The notes below the pieces were generated by a model that saw only the letters and a list, made by a program, of their open reading frames with translations, was not told the origin of the DNA and searched no databases. A stretch of 60,885 nt of DNA, counting the filler, from Sphacelaria rigidula (lineage: Eukaryota), in NCBI GenBank assembly GCA_964200075.2. It is 6 parts of 6 records of this genome, joined end to end, with 100 filler letters (N's around TTAATTAATTAA, not from the genome) between each part and the next. Parts side by side here need not be neighbours in the genome. Positions count along the whole stretch, not along the records: positions 50,823 to 60,885 come from CAXNAA020007222.1; 5 more parts are not named here. One strand, 5' to 3'. The translations under genes were made by a program, and so were the position numbers. Positions 59,651 through 60,885 of this stretch are shown piece after piece (positions within the stretch are counted from its first letter, which is position 1; each line of letters begins with the position of its first letter).

Positions 59651-60885
59651 CTGATTTTGAGTGATTTATGCGGCAAATATATATTATCGAAAGTATCTCA
59701 GCGCGATAGGCATTCGCAGCATGTAGTTGTGCCCAACGCAGAATTGTACGCGCTGACCCTCACCGAAGTATGGCGAGGTTGTCACAAATCCTATCTGAGG
59801 GGGAGGGTGCTAGTGGTTTCCGTCGCTGGATCAGACCCCGTTTGGGACCGTCAGGAGGGGTATTCAAACTACAGCTGATGCGGGTTCTAAATTTAAAGAA
59901 ACGGCCCGGATTTTGCAAGCGCGTTGCACTACAGTAGTATTGTTCGACAGCCTCGCTGCGAAACCGGTTCTCAACACAGCCACGGCGGAAGTGGCCATAC
60001 GAGGCGTGATAGCTGGTTCAGACTGGATGAAGCGCCTCGCATGGGCACCACTGGCGAAACAATCCCAAGCATGGGACTAACCCTTACCCCCCTTGTGAGT
60101 GTCTGCAGCTTTATTGTGGGGCATCCATTTTACCCAACTGACGGCTGTACTGTAGTGATGCTGTACTCTGGTCATGGTATATCTCAGCAGACTGCTGAAT
60201 GATGCTGCGTTTCAAAGATCGCTGGCGTCTGTCGCCGCATTGAATCGTTTCGCTGACGGCGGTCGTCGCTGGCGCAACAGTATGAAGTCTCCCTCAGATA
60301 CTCAACAAGAGGCGCTCGAAAACTCGATGACTAGTCCAAAGAAGTATGTTTTCGGCATGCTTTGTTACGTGTTCCGTAGCGCTTAGACGCAGGTCCTGCT
60401 CAAAAAAAGATGCCGCACAATCGATAACGGCGGTTTTTCTGTTGGACTGCTCATAATCATGCTTGCCCTGCCGTGCAGAAACTTCTGGGTTAGGGTTACA
60501 TGGTCGAAACCGGTTGCGAATCCCGAGCCTTTTGGACAAAGTAAATGAAATTTCGATGGTCCGTTGAACCGCACCCAAATGTTGAACCTCAAGAACGAAT
60601 CTAGGCTGTTCTATGTTGTATGTAAGTTTGTATGAAGAGCTACCTCGGTGCAGATATGCGTAGATATCGCCATGCGGAGCTCAGTTTTTCGAGTTTGGAC
60701 CTGAATTCTTACACGTTGTTTTCAAGGTACTCACGGACACATTCCAAATATCCCTGATATTCTTTTCTTTGTTGCCGAGATTCGATCCATCAATTATGCA
60801 ACGCCTTTTCTAAGTGGGAGTCCTGCTACGGTGGGGGGGGGGGGGGGGGGGTTGGGGGCCATTTCTTTCCAGAAATTCCGCTTCA

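Overview
Eukaryotic, intron-rich, repeat-rich nuclear DNA. The retroelement families and intron style best fit a brown alga (Phaeophyceae); this is an inference. The window is not one locus. It is six unrelated contigs sorted by size (10066, 10065, 10064, 10064, 10063 and 10063 bp), joined by artificial 100-bp spacers (N44-TTAATTAATTAA-N44), so nothing should be linked across spacers. Host genes recovered from splice signals and phase: two exons of a soluble-adenylyl-cyclase-like class III cyclase (contig 1); an orphan exon (contig 2); the 3' five exons of a coiled-coil protein with a 28-aa tandem repeat and C-terminal hydrophobic segments (contig 3); a 3-exon secreted PA-domain gene with an in-frame UGA in a U-x-x-C context, and a convergent SPATA17 homologue (contig 6). 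The rest is largely transposon debris: decayed Ty3/gypsy and Ty1/copia elements, LTRs, tRNA-derived SINEs, Tc1/mariner MITEs and footprints, and hAT/P-like elements with 8-bp TSDs, including 33-bp and 60-bp micro-elements. The most striking system is a dispersed non-LTR retroposon family that ends in poly(C) instead of poly(A) and inserts at G-runs with 12-17 bp TSDs.
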